Origin: Camelus dromedarius
Taxonomy: Eukaryota
DNA length: 64,000 nt
Direction: 5' to 3'
Assembly (NCBI RefSeq): GCF_036321535.1
Contig: NC_087436.1
Span: forward strand, 102,674,001 to 102,738,000
Notes under the pieces: model-generated
What the model was told of the DNA's origin: nothing
Database searches by the model: none
What the model saw: only the letters and a program-made list of their open reading frames with translations
Made by a program: the position numbers and the translations under genes
In this document: positions 26,781 to 38,980 of the stretch, in pieces
How the letters are laid out: every line of letters begins with the position of its first letter
How positions within the stretch are numbered: the first letter of the stretch is position 1

Positions 26781-27979
26781 ATTCCAGAGGAGATGTGTCT
26801 TTTTAACATGAAGACCACAGAGACGTTTACTTCTTTCTCTCCAATATGCTTTGCAAAGTGCTGATTATCTGCTTTTCTTATCCTGGGAATATGTTTAGTT
26901 TGTGTGCTTAGCCCTGCAGCTTTTCCTGACCTGCATGCCCTGTCCTTTTCTTTTTCTCTCTTCTGTCTAGAATCCTCTCTCACACTGCCGCGATGAAAAA
27001 CACAGTATATTTAAGTCCCTCCAGGGAAAAGAAATACTTGTAGTTTAGTCTTCAAAGGGAAAAACACAAATAAACAGAAAACAAAATAAAGTGAAAGTAA
27101 TTGCACATTGTGAAGTTATACGACACTCCTTCATAGTTCCTTGGCTGAAGAAATAGTCAAGGACTATTGTTTAATCATGTAATAACCAATTACATCTAAA
27201 CTTCGCATTATATTATTTTTTAATTTTTTCCTGCCCTAGTAGAAGTTTACCTTTTTGAGTCATTATTGTATATTTAGCATTGAAAAAAAATGTCAATTAT
27301 ATAGAACATTCAAGAAGTGCTAAGAAAATGAAATAATAAATGAACAAGTGGATAGATCATATTCTGTAAGAAACCACATGCCACAGCTACTGGGAACCAT
27401 TAGACTTGCATAGTCAAATAGAGGAAGTAAACAGAGGCCTCCCATGTTGTGCAATGTCTTCCAAATTCAAAATTCAGAATAAATATATCTTTTCTCAGTC
27501 GTTATTACAGTGGCATCACAGTGGCGTTAGATTATAAGGACTGGACTAATTATTTCCATTCTTGATTAATCCTCCTTGTACATGCCATAGAATAGTTCTA
27601 ATGACTAAGTGACACTGAGTAGTATGACAAAATCACAAATTGGAAGAAGAACACGTTGTAGGTCATCGGATGAAGGAGAAGAGAGATAGTTTTTTGTTTA
27701 AATTTAGTTGCCTCTCTATCAAAAGACTTCAGTAACTAGTTAGTCCACATGTCATGTCCTTGAAAGTAGTAAAGAACTGAGTCCATCTAATCACTAATTC
27801 ACAAAGACATTACAGGGATCCAGCCTATAAATTAAGTTTGTGTAAAACACATAAAAATCCTTAAAAGGTAGATGTACTTGGCTTACAAAAATGTATGAAA
27901 TATACTGCTAACCTGCTGGGGTCCACCTCGATGGGTGGTGTTCTCAGTATTACAGGTCCCTACAGGACTTCTTTGAAGC

Positions 27980-28157
27980 CAGACCTTTCACTCTCAATAG
28001 TGATACTTGAGGCTGGATACTAATTTTTCATCGGGACTGCATGTTGGGGATGGTTAGCAGCATCTCTAGCCCCTATCCATTAATGCCAGGCCCTTCTCCA
28101 GCTTTCACAAACAAAAATGTTTCTAAAGCTTGCCAAATGTCCCTGGAGAGGCAAAAC
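27980..28157 (+). mobile_element. MER20 hAT-Charlie MITE (right TIR missing)
   Basis: 'ggatggttagcagcatctctagcccctatccattaatgccag...acaaacaaaaatgtttctaaagcttgccaaatgtccctggagaggcaaaa'. Confidence 0.85.
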
Positions 28158-28342
28158 CTCAAGCTGCAGGTCATTAGAATCACGTGAACTACTTATGAAA
28201 GCAGACTGCTGAGCCCCATTCCCGGAAGTTCGGATTCAGTAGATCTGGGGTAGAGACCAAACATCTGCATTTCTAACAGTTTTCCATGAGATCTTTGTGT
28301 TGAAGTTTCTGGTCCAGGGACCTCACTTTGAGAGTCACCACT
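28158..28342 (+). mobile_element. MER5A hAT-Charlie MITE abutting MER20
   Basis: 'cattagaatcacgtg...gcagactgctgagcccc...gattcagtagatctgggg...tctgcatttctaacag...ctggtccagggacctcactttgagag'. Confidence 0.85.
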
Positions 28343-28483
28343 CCAAAGAACAATACAATTATTATTGCAAAATAATTTTTAAGCTGAAATTAAGATTGGG
28401 GAATTTTCTGCATTAGCATTTGTTTGTTTTGGTTGGTTTAGTTTTTATAAAACAGAAATGATCATAAAACCAAACCACCATTA

Positions 28484-28599
28484 GGGGAGGGTATAGCTCA
28501 GTGGTAGAGTGCTTGCTTAGCATGCTGGAGGTCCTGGGTTCAATCCCCAGTACCTCCATTAAAAGAAATAGTAATAAAATAAACAAATAAAATTTTAAA
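28484..28599 (+). mobile_element. Camelid tRNA-Ala-derived SINE (Vic-1 type)
   Basis: ggggagggtatagctcagtggtagag (A box) ... gggttcaatccc (B box) then A-rich tail; degenerate TSD aaaccaccatta / aaatcactattg. Confidence 0.93.
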
Positions 28600-29459
28600 A
28601 AATCACTATTGAGCAACCTTTAAAATTAAACCACTAATAGTCACATGTGTCATTAGTCCGTACTACCTTTCTTATGTATAGTACTGTGAGGCGAACAGAT
28701 GTTAGTGAAATTGCACTAAACTGTATGCTCTTCTAAAGCCAAAGGCCCATAAAATTGTGATTCAGCTACAGCCATTCACCAATTTTGTCTTTAGCTCTAA
28801 ATTCAAACTGAACATAAACAAGTATATGGTGGCTACCAAGTAGACAAAGAGAAATAATACAAATGGTTGCTTCCCCACACAAGCTTACTCTGAGCATATA
28901 TTAACGCACAACTTATATTACCTGAATAACTGAAATCTAATGTCCCCCAAGAATAAGTTACTCTACAACACGTGACAAACATCTGAAGAGTTTAGGCTAA
29001 TTGGAGGGATGAGGAATGTTTCTAGAAGCTTTCAGTGAGCCACCTAAGTAGTGTGATTCCCCTTCTCCACCTGCCTTTTTAGTCTCAGATTGAAGTTGAG
29101 TAATCATTACTACCTTTGTAAGAGGAAAAAAAGTTAGACTAGTTTTATATTTGATCTTCTAGCTAATTATATCTGATAGCAAATATTTACAAAGTTTGAC
29201 ATTATGTTACATGTGGTAGCCTAGAGGTGAGAAATACATATATTTAACCAAATATTTTATTTGTCATCAAAATAATATAATATGGAATGCCAATATCGTA
29301 CAGATGCCAAACATAATATACATATGTAATCATTTCATTTTTCTTTATTAATATTTTCCTTCTTCCTTGGAAATCTGATTCAATATGTTTCATGCATAAA
29401 CATACATACTAATGTTATAGCATTTCAGCAATTGTGTTATTATGCTTTACTGATATAAA

Positions 29460-29640
29460 AAAGTTTCATGATTGAATAAATTTGGAAAATATTGTGTTAA
29501 ATACAAAAAAAAAAAAAATTTCCCTTAAGGCATGACCCACCTGAATGTTAATATACTAAATTGCTTTGTTCACCTTTTATGACCTTTTAGACTATAAAAT
29601 ATTTTCTGAACTTATTTGACCACAGGTATCTTTCTTTAGG
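29460..29640. mobile_element. hAT-Charlie-type DNA transposon fossil
   Basis: Inverted pair 'ttgaataaatttggaaaa' / 'ttttctgaacttatttgaccac' with internal 'ttaatatactaa', like Charlie-derived MITEs. Confidence 0.45.
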
Positions 29641-29689
29641 ACAATCTCTGGGACCAATGGTCTTCAGGATTATCTTGGAGAAAGTTTAC

Positions 29690-29860
29690 TTCATACTTTT
29701 TACATCATATCATATTCATAATCATCCTTTTGTCAAGGCAAGAGCTGCTATCTCTACACTAAATATAAGAACACTGAAGCTCAAATTTTCAAATAACTTG
29801 TACAAAACCACTAGTGAGGAATTTCTGGCATCAAAACTAGAATTCAAGCTTTTGAGCACT
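29690..29860 (-). mobile_element. MIR SINE
   Basis: 'gaacactgaagctc...aaataacttgtacaaaaccac...tggcatcaaaactagaattcaagc'. Confidence 0.55.
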
Positions 29861-30604
29861 GTTCCCATTTTCCTACTCTGCTCTGTTGGTTGTTGAGTAA
29901 GGATTTCAGGCAAGTGGTATTCAGAGACTGCTGTCCCTACACAGTCATGTGACATAGCTAGAGATTGTGTGTTAAACAATAATTGCGTACATCTGATTAA
30001 AGTAAAACAATTGTATATTTGGAAGACACACAATCCAGATGGGTAGTAAGGAGGGCTGGTCAGAACATTACTTGATAGCAAGATATACATAAATACATAT
30101 ATTTAACTATTTTTGTATTAAGAGCTGAAAGAAACTGATTCAATTTGACTGATTAATAACTATTGGATAATATACATGTTATGGATCCTAACAACAATAA
30201 CAATAAAAGATGTTTTTGTCTTAAAGAAATGGTTTTCTTTCCTTTAAATACCAAAAGCTAAACCATCTTCATATTGAAAAGCTATCTGCTTAACTGACAT
30301 TGCCTTTCTGAGGTGAAAAAGAGTTCGTGATACAAAATAACTAGTAATGGATGAATTGGAGCTCTTTTCCCATTTTATAGTCTAGTCCATTTCACTGTTG
30401 TATTTCTAAATATATAGTAAGCACTTTGTGGCCATATACTCTTTCTTTTGTTCATAATTTGTTGAATTAATACTGCATGACTAAGCCAAATGTAGGAAAT
30501 CAGTGATGGGAGATATAAATGTGGTTGACGAACTGAATTTAACTTTTCTCCACTCCTGGACTCATGGAAAGCATCACTGATAAAACATCTTCTCCGTTCG
30601 CTTT

Positions 30605-31130
30605 CTTCATTCAGTTGGTATTTATTAGTACCAACAATGTGACAGCCAGTAAAGAAAAAGTCTTTCTTCTCATGGTATGCTTTCTTTCTTTGCATATGTT
30701 AATAAAATAATAAAACTAACAAATTACACGTGGAAAGGCTTAGCATAGCTAAAACATTGAAAATTCAATGTGACCCAGAGATCGAAAGGTAGAGTGAGGC
30801 ATGTGACACTTAAGAGGTTGAGGAAAGGCTGAGCTAAGCAAGGTTGTCTGCAAGGATGTTGGTCTTTAATCCTAAGAGCTTGGAGCATCCATGGAAATAT
30901 TTTATCAAAGCATATGTCATGAGAAGATTTGAAGTTTGAAGACAACTCTTGTTGTAGTGCGAGAGAGGGGTTGGGGGGTGCTAGAGTGGTTATGGGAGAC
31001 CGATTGGAGGTCCCTCCTCTTGGCATTGAGTGGTGACTTCAGGGACTGTGAAAAATGGCACTATCTGAGAAATAAAATTATCGGAAACTGTGTGATAGAA
31101 TATGCGCACTGAGGGAGAAGGAAGCAAAGG
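30605..31130 (-). mobile_element. L2 fragment
   Basis: 'cattcagttggtatttattagtaccaacaatgtgacag' terminus; 'aaggatgttggtctttaatcctaagagc...gatttgaagtttgaagacaactct'. Confidence 0.65.
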
Positions 31131-31903
31131 AGGGCACTTTAGTCTTTTATTTATGTCTATACCTATAAAGTATTTTCTTGCCTATAAAATTATTTCAGGG
31201 AGGATAAGTAACTTGTGTGTTCAAGCAAAACTGTGTTACCATTTTCTGGTAACTAAAGCTCTTAATACTTTTTAATGACAAAAATCTGGATTTTACAAGG
31301 TAAAGTGTACTCCAATTAGAGGAGCTACATGTCAAAAGGCAGTCGTGGGGCTGAAATTCTAGTAGTAGAAGCTCCCGGGTTAAAAATACACCACGTTAAG
31401 TGATGTCATGCCAAGGACAAACCTACACACAATTTTCAGGAATCTTTTCAGTCTGTTGAGCCTATTCTGACTTCCTATTGGCAGACGTACTCTGCCCCAT
31501 TAGTGGAAAGGTATTTTCTGAACAAATGAAGGTGAGTTTATAATAACCGGAGTTAAAAGTAATGGAGAGCATTGAATTGATCAGCAGGAAACTTGAGAAA
31601 GGTTAAAATAGCCTCCATTTTTATGTCGCTGTACAGTAGTGAGTAATGTTAATTGAATTCCCCTTGTGAGATTCTAAGAGATTTTTCCACAGGATCCTGT
31701 GCTGTATGAAAAGGAAACAATGGCTTGTGGTAAAGTTAATTCAAGCTGAGATACATTAACTGCACCACATTATCGGTTGCGAAGAGTGCTATTAACACAC
31801 ATCCCCCACTGTGCATATTTGTGAATTAAGAGGTTTCCTTGTTAATGGAAATGAGACACTTTCCTTGAAAATACCAAGCACTGTGGATGCTGAGGTCATT
31901 TTT

Positions 31904-32086
31904 TATTTAAATTTTTTTTTTTTTACTTATTTCTCCCACACCACCTCCCCTCCCCCTCAACCTTAGTGTTGGTAACCACTAATCTGTTTTCTCTGTATTT
32001 ATGATGATGTTTGTTTGCTTGTTTTTTTCAATTTATCCTGATAAAAGAGATCATCATGTATTTTCCTCTCTCGGTCTGACTTAGCA
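31904..32086 (-). mobile_element. Short L1 3'UTR internal fragment with its own poly(A) and TSD
   Basis: 'ggtaaccactaatctgttttctctgtatttatg...gagatcatcatgtattttcctctctcggtctgactta' next to a T-run; TSD gctgaggtcattttt / gttgagatcgttttt (12/15). Confidence 0.8.
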
Positions 32087-33628
32087 GTTGAGATCGTTTT
32101 TAAAAAGCACAAAAGAGGAGGACACCTTTATTCCACGTATGACAGAGCTCTTCTCACCTTTGACACAGAACTGTCTTTACTACTAATCTTCTCTTTGGAT
32201 TGTTTACTCTTTTCGTTTTGTTGTTTGTTTTCCTTATCATTTTTCGGTGGTGATGGTAGAAGATCATTTTGAATAGATTCACACCATGAAAACACCTGCA
32301 TTCAAGTGTACTAAGGCATTTTGAATGTTCTAAAATAGCAGTTGCTGGTTACAAAACAGAAACATACCAACTACAAAATCAGAAAATTCAAGTTCAGATC
32401 CTGGCTTTAGCTCTGCCTATACCTGTGTGCCTGTGATAAGGGGAAAGAGAAGGAAAGCAGTATTTATGAAAAGTTTATAAATACGCCGGGTGGTAGGCTT
32501 GGCTTCACTTATGTTCCTTCCCTTAAATTAATTGTGACCTGTATGTTATTTTGCTCCTCTGTTTAGATTGAGGAATCTATGGCTCAGGGAAAGGGAAGTT
32601 CCCTAACTGACCTATAAAATATGAGTGTTACAGACATATCCACTTAAAAAGTTAAAGAAAGCAGTAACTATTGGATAACTGCATTTTAAAAAAAAAAAAA
32701 AATCGTTTCCCCTGGCAGCGACCTTATGTGAAAGAAAGATTTCAGTATTTTGTTTGTTTAATTAATCCTCTGCTTAGAAACTCAGGCTTTGCATCAGTGT
32801 TATCCTACCAGACATTCCTTACACTTGATCAAACACCAAAAAGTATAGTACTATAGCCCTTAAAAGCAATAATTCAAAACTATGCTCCTGACATTTTCAC
32901 AGTACATTTGCTTTATTCCAGAAGTGGACCCAGGGTATGAATAGAATTGTAATTCCTCTCCAATTACATGGAAACAAATGACAGTACAATTACATGATTA
33001 AAAATGAATTTTATTTATGCTTTTCCAGGCATGAAATCTACATACTTCCTGCCTGGTTTGTAAATAGGCTCTGAAGTACTCTTCCGAATGTATAATAATT
33101 TTCATTGGTGAATTTCCTCATAAAATGGTAATTATCTGTGGAAAAAAATTAGCTTCCAGAACTCTAAGCTAGAAATGCTGGAGAAACAGCATGAAAGAAA
33201 TTGAGAAAGAGTGTTTTCAACTAGCTATGTCAACTACATAGATTTATGAAGCCACTGGTACAACAGGAATATCTATTCAGTTCATTCATCGATTAAAAAA
33301 AAAAAGTATGATAAAGTGGATCCTGGTTCACAAATACACCACTGAGAATCCTTTGTATCATTATTAATTCAACATTCAGGACATATTTGAATATAAAGAC
33401 GGTCTCTTCTGTTATGTGCATTAAAAATTTACTTAAAAGACCTATTTTCTTGTAGGGAAAGAGAAGCAACAAAACTTCTCTGGGAGATTTTGTCCCGGAG
33501 AAATAATTATAATAATAGTTAATAAAATAAGAAACAATAGTTTGGGATGTAGATAAAGTCATCTAAAGCGAAACTAAAGCAGCATCGGCATTCCACAGCA
33601 TCCTCCCCCACTCCTTGTGTGTATTATT

Positions 33629-34099
33629 TGTACAAAGACAGCCAGGTGCCCCACACAACCTGTCTTCTTTTCTTCCTGGACACAGATATCATCCACATTT
33701 TTCAATTTCTCTTGGTTTCAGTTTTGGCCACATTATAATTGATAAAATGTGAGCGGAATAATACGTGAACTTCCACGCTTCGTTCTTAATCACCCGCCAC
33801 CGCTCAACCCCACCTCCTGCTCCACCTCCTCTTATGTGAACGATCCTGTTGGCTCGTTCTCTTTTTCCCTTTTCACTGGCTGGACATCAAAGTGTGGGCT
33901 GGATTAGAAGATGTGTGTGGAAGAAGGCAGAGTCCCTACCACCTGGGTCTTTAAATAATAAAGTGGGTGAGAACCACACATCGGCCAATCTACAATTATC
34001 TCGGATTGCCTATGTGAGAAAAACCTTTCTATTACATTTAAGTCATTGTAACTTCGGGGTTCTGATTCCAAGAAGTTAGCCGCTGCTAAGTAGTAATCA
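33629..34099 (+). mobile_element. MaLR MLT1-type solo LTR
   Basis: TG...CA; 'tcttcctggacacag...aatgtgagcggaa' 5' part and 'gaagaaggcagag...cctgggtct...atgtgagaaaaacctttctatt...tttaagtcattg' 3' part. Confidence 0.7.
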
Positions 34100-34225
34100 G
34101 TATATTCACTGTTTCTTGACTGTAATCTAAAGGATGCACATAGAAAACAGTCTAACATTAGAATATCTTAAGAAAACAATGAGTAAATAACTATATGTAT
34201 ATGTGTATGTATGTGTATGTCTGTG

Positions 34226-34856
34226 TGTTGCCGACAGTTAGGTCCTTGTCTCGTCACACAGTAATTCCGAGACAAGACACAGAGGTTAAAAAAGTAAAGT
34301 GCGGATCTATTAGGGATGGATAGGACACTCTTAAGAGGAGAGCAGGCAGGCTCAGGGGAGCAGCTGTGCTGTGTTTCTTTGGGAAGCTGATTACATAAGG
34401 TACAAAAATGAGTGGGTGGATTATTTATTAGAGATGCAAGGGCTTGGGGTCGTATTCCCTGATTTTCATCCCAACTCCACCTTCCCAAAGGGAGGAGGGA
34501 TTTTTGTCCTTATTTAGTCTGGATACAAAGTGTCATGGCATCGGTGCATGACAGGTACTTCTAATCTGCAAGGCTAATTTTATTGTAATGAGGGCATAAT
34601 GAGCAAAAGGTTACATTCGGATACTGGAGATTCCTGCCTTTTCTCACCTTTCTTTGTTGGCCTCCAGGTCACCTGTCACCCTCAAATCGGTGATTTCTTA
34701 CCAGTCCCAAGGTTTCTGCTTTGCTTTGCCTGCCCAAGGACCCCTGTTGTTTACATGATGTATGGTTTCTGGCATTTGGACCCTCCTTTTTTTGCCTGTC
34801 ATTAGGCCTGTGTCTCCCTTTCTCTGCTCATACCTAATTAGCTGCCTGCTCTAACC
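34226..34856 (-). mobile_element. ERV1-class solo LTR (~630 bp)
   Basis: Begins tgttgccg and ends ctctaac(c); flanked by ctgtg / ctatg; 'tccttgtctcgtcac...gagacaagacacagagg' is U5-like antisense; GC/CpG elevated against flanks. Confidence 0.8.
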
Positions 34857-35924
34857 TATGCACAATAAATATGTAAATGAAATTTCTGTCAATAGAATTA
34901 GAAAATACAGGCATTATCTGGACAGTACATATTTCCTTAAGTTTCTACCAGATAATCAAACCTTAGGGAACTGTCTGAAGGCTAACAGACTGTCCAAAAA
35001 GGACAGAAAATGTGGCTGTTCGTTCATTACCAAGTCAGAAGACTAATTGAGAAAGCAATGCCCCGCTCATCCCGTTTGTCCTTATTTACACAAATGGAAG
35101 AACAAACGATCTGAAGCAACCCAAACTGAGAGGACTTTGTCCAAAACCTAGATATTTGGATTCCTCTGTGTGAATCAAGAGAAAAATAATTCAGCACGCA
35201 ATGTTTCGTGTTTTTTTCTTTCTACTTTAGACCATGCTTTGTCTCTTTCACTGCTTATTAGCACTTCCACCAAAATCAGTTAAGGAAGGGAATCTGAAAA
35301 TCAGCCCTGACCGGTATTGATCTGCTAAACTGGTGTTAGTCCCATCATCCCTGCTACTTTGCCTGTGTGGCCACTCAATGTCCATCAGTTTTCGACGACA
35401 CCACTCCAGGGCATGGATTTTAATTTGAAAACCAGAGCAAGCACTGGCAGCAACAGACACTTGACTGCACTGACTGCATGCTCACAACAGAAAGAAGCCT
35501 GAAGATGGCATTTTCAAGGCAACGTTCAATCTATCTGTGGCTGTAAAGAAAACATCTCCAGTATGAAGAATCCTGTATTGCAAATAGTTGACAAACATTC
35601 ATTAACTAAAATCAGTGCTTTCCTTTTCTTCCAAACAACATTGTTTATTTTTAGAAAGTCCTGAAATTTTGCACTGTTTACCAAAATGTATCTTTATCCT
35701 TTGTCAAATATACACATTTTGTGAAAGGTGTTGCTTTGGTTATCATTTTAATTGCCGTTCTAGGAGATTCAAAGATCTCAGACAAAAGTATTTTTTAAAT
35801 TCCACCATAACTAAGACTTTTTACAGACTAATATTAGAATATACTGTTTTATGAATCAGAATTTTATACTGTTACTATGTGATCTTTTTGCTATAATTAT
35901 ATTGCTAGCATAATTGTCCCTATG

Positions 35925-36030
35925 TATCATTTGTTAGTTTAATAGTTCTGTTGAACACCTATTCTATGCAAGATACTGTGCTAGGTGCTGAGGATATAAA
36001 GATAACATGACACAAATCAGTTCCTTATTT
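35925..36030 (-). mobile_element. L2 3' end
   Basis: 'ttgaacacctattctatgcaagatactgtgctaggtgctgaggatataaagataa'. Confidence 0.8.
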
Positions 36031-36723
36031 GAAACAGCAACACAAACGTGAACAAAAGGACTGAGGTATGACAATGTTGCTCATGGGAATGTCTTGTACA
36101 TGAGAACCAGTCTCAGATTTAAAAAGAGGCTTACTATGCTACAATTTGTGATATGTTCCATTTATATTCTAGAGATCAGATCTGCTTAGACACTGTGTGT
36201 CTTATTTGACTCAAGACAGGAAATACCAAAGAAGGTGGACGATCATTCGTATTAAAACAATAATTTCAAGTGTTTTGTGTAAAACTCTAGTCATTCAGGA
36301 AAATTTTTCACTTTAATTTGTTAGACTGCCTAACAAGTTAAAAATTAAGATTTCATTAAATGTCACTTGTTTCTACTATATTTACATACCTGTTTGTTTT
36401 ATTTGTGATTGATAATCTAAGGCCAAGGCATTCTTTCATTGTCTTGAATAATCAAAGACATATTTGTTTAACACAGATTAAAGATGAGTCTGAAAATTTG
36501 TTCTTAGGGTTGTTCTAAGCTTTCTTCAAAGATATTTGCAATATTATTTGTAAGTTAGACATTTGCATTAAAAATGACCAATTATTTATACAAGTTAATA
36601 TTCTTTTTGTTATTTATATATAACACAAAATATTAAACAAAAAATTAAATATTTAAAAAAATGGAAAACTGTTAAATAACTGAAGTAATATGCTTGATTA
36701 AGGGACTAAAAAGTCTACAAGAT

Positions 36724-36888
36724 ATAGAGCAGGCATGAATTCCAAAACTGGATTCTGACTCCAGCTCTGTCCCTCACTTTTTAGTCACTTTAGGCAAGTT
36801 AATAAGGCATTTTTAAATGTCCACAGTGCAAATGAGGGAGTTTGATTTTATTCTTCAGCTACTTCCAATAACAAAATTCTGTGATTCA
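36724..36888 (+). mobile_element. MIR3-type SINE
   Basis: 'ctggattctgactccagctctgtc...ggcaagtta...aaatgagggagttt...aaattctgtgattc'. Confidence 0.6.
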
Positions 36889-38741
36889 AAATATCTTATC
36901 TAGGGGGCTCATAGATATTTAGTACCAGTATAAATTTGAGACTGTTTTCAAATCCAGGATAACAGATTTGGCTTTTCTATTGCAAACACATCTCCAGGGC
37001 ATGGAATCAAAAATATGATCAGAATTCTACGTCCTTAGAAACTGAACTGAAGATTCTCATTCTTATTGTATATTGAAGCCTATTTACCTATAAAACTATT
37101 TTCAGGATTTCTTCTTTGAAATTCCAGGAAACAAGAAAATTGTCCCTACACTGTGGATCATCCGTTGTCAGAGTTAACTGTGGAATCACATCATTTCTTT
37201 GGAAGCCACCTAAAGTCTTTTGGTAATAGTGTCCTGGAGACAGCCCCATGGTTATATTTGGGTTTGGGAATGAAACTAGAGTTATTTGACTTCCTTACTG
37301 AAGAAACATGAGTATTGAAAAGATTTGGAGTAAGAAAGAGCTAAGTTCAAATACAATTTTTGCTGCTTATTAGCTACCTACTTACATGATCTGAGGTCTG
37401 ATGATTGGAAATGAGTTTCATGTGGTAACTGTAAGAATTAATACGGCAAAATATACAAAGTGTTTTTAGGTAAATGTAAAAGTTAGCACCCTCATCCTTA
37501 CTGTTTATTCACCTTCTTTCATTTCTCTTGCTTTCTCACTCTGCCTGTTTTCAGGAATATAACCTCTAAATGTTACTGGATGTTAGAGATTAGAGTTATG
37601 ATCATCCAAGCTCTCACGACTCCTACTTTCTGAATTTTATGTCTAAAGAAGCTTACAGCCTAAGGACAACTGCCAATTGATGAAAAATACTCTAATTCAT
37701 TAAAGATGGGGTAAGTTTTAATACCCCATAATGTGAAGATAGATTAATTAATATATTGTAGCCTCCTGACTAGTCCAGGAAGGCTAAATAAGCTTTCTGT
37801 TTAATCTTATCAATATGTGACTGCCAGAAACATCTAACTTTCTACCTCTTCACAAATATGTGGTGGGGGTAGAAGAGGCTGCAAAGGACATAGAAAGGAT
37901 CAGATGGTTTTTGTCTTAGTTGTTCAACCTACTGAGGAAACATATCCAAGGACTGTTCTATTCTCTGCCCCTTTACATTAACAACATGGTCCTTGGATGG
38001 GAGTGGTGGAGAAAAAGAACTGTTTCTCTATCCTTTCCAAAGCAACAATTTAGGGAAAGGGAAAAATGATCCAGTTCCTATCTATATCTGTTCAGCTTGT
38101 GAAGTTGTCTAACACTGATAATGGTACCCTGTGTTCTAGGAGTCAAGGAAGTATAAGTACATTTCTGTTATAGCAAACTTTTATTGCAAAGAGATTCTGC
38201 AAGAGAATCTGATAATAGAAATTCAATTACTGTAGTGTGAGAAGCTACAGTGAAATAGGGCTGGTTTGTTAAATTTTGTAATGCATAATCAATTGGAAAG
38301 AAGCATCATCAACCCCTTTGGGGAAGGGAAAAAAGCCACTATCCCAACCGTACTGCAGCTGACTCCCGCAAGGATGGTCACATGTCACATTGATTTTTTT
38401 TTCATTGTAATAGTCACGTCTCTTGTTTATGAAGTTAAGCAATTAATAATTTGTATATAGGACTTTAGTGCATTTTCTATAGAATTCACTGAAAAATAGT
38501 TAAAGAGCAAAAACTGTTTGGTTTAGATTTTAATAATTTTGACTTCTTGTTAATACAGAAGTGAATTAGAGAACGATACATGGGCCTGAGCCATCTACTG
38601 TATGTACTATGTAACACTGCTGTGGCCAGATTAATAGAGAGAGGTTCTCAATGAGTTTACCAATGGTTCATAGAAATAGCTTTGACATTCTGAACATTTT
38701 TTTTAGCTCCTTTTTTTTTATGCAATGAGATAAAATTATTT

Positions 38742-38980
38742 AGTAATTAAGAGTTGGGCTTGAAAACAATATCAAGAGTCCCCAAATTTTACAAGACATT
38801 GACTCCCTGACAATGAACAAGTTACTTCACCTGACATTGCTTCATGCTTCTCACCTTAAAATGGGATAAGAATATAAATGGGATAGTCTTGTGAAGATTA
38901 AATGAATTAATATAGGTAAGTGCTGGGAATAATGCCTCGGAACATAGTATATACTGTATATTATAGTAATTTTATTATTA
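38742..38980 (+). mobile_element. MIR SINE
   Basis: 'caagttacttcacct...aaaatgggataa...ttgtgaagattaaatgaattaatataggtaagtgct...aatgcctcggaacatagta'. Confidence 0.8.

Noticed and set aside
28484..28558. tRNA-Ala(AGC)-like gene (also at 39829 and 62045)
   Set aside because: Imperfect stems, A-rich tails and TSDs identify these as SINE copies, not functional tRNAs
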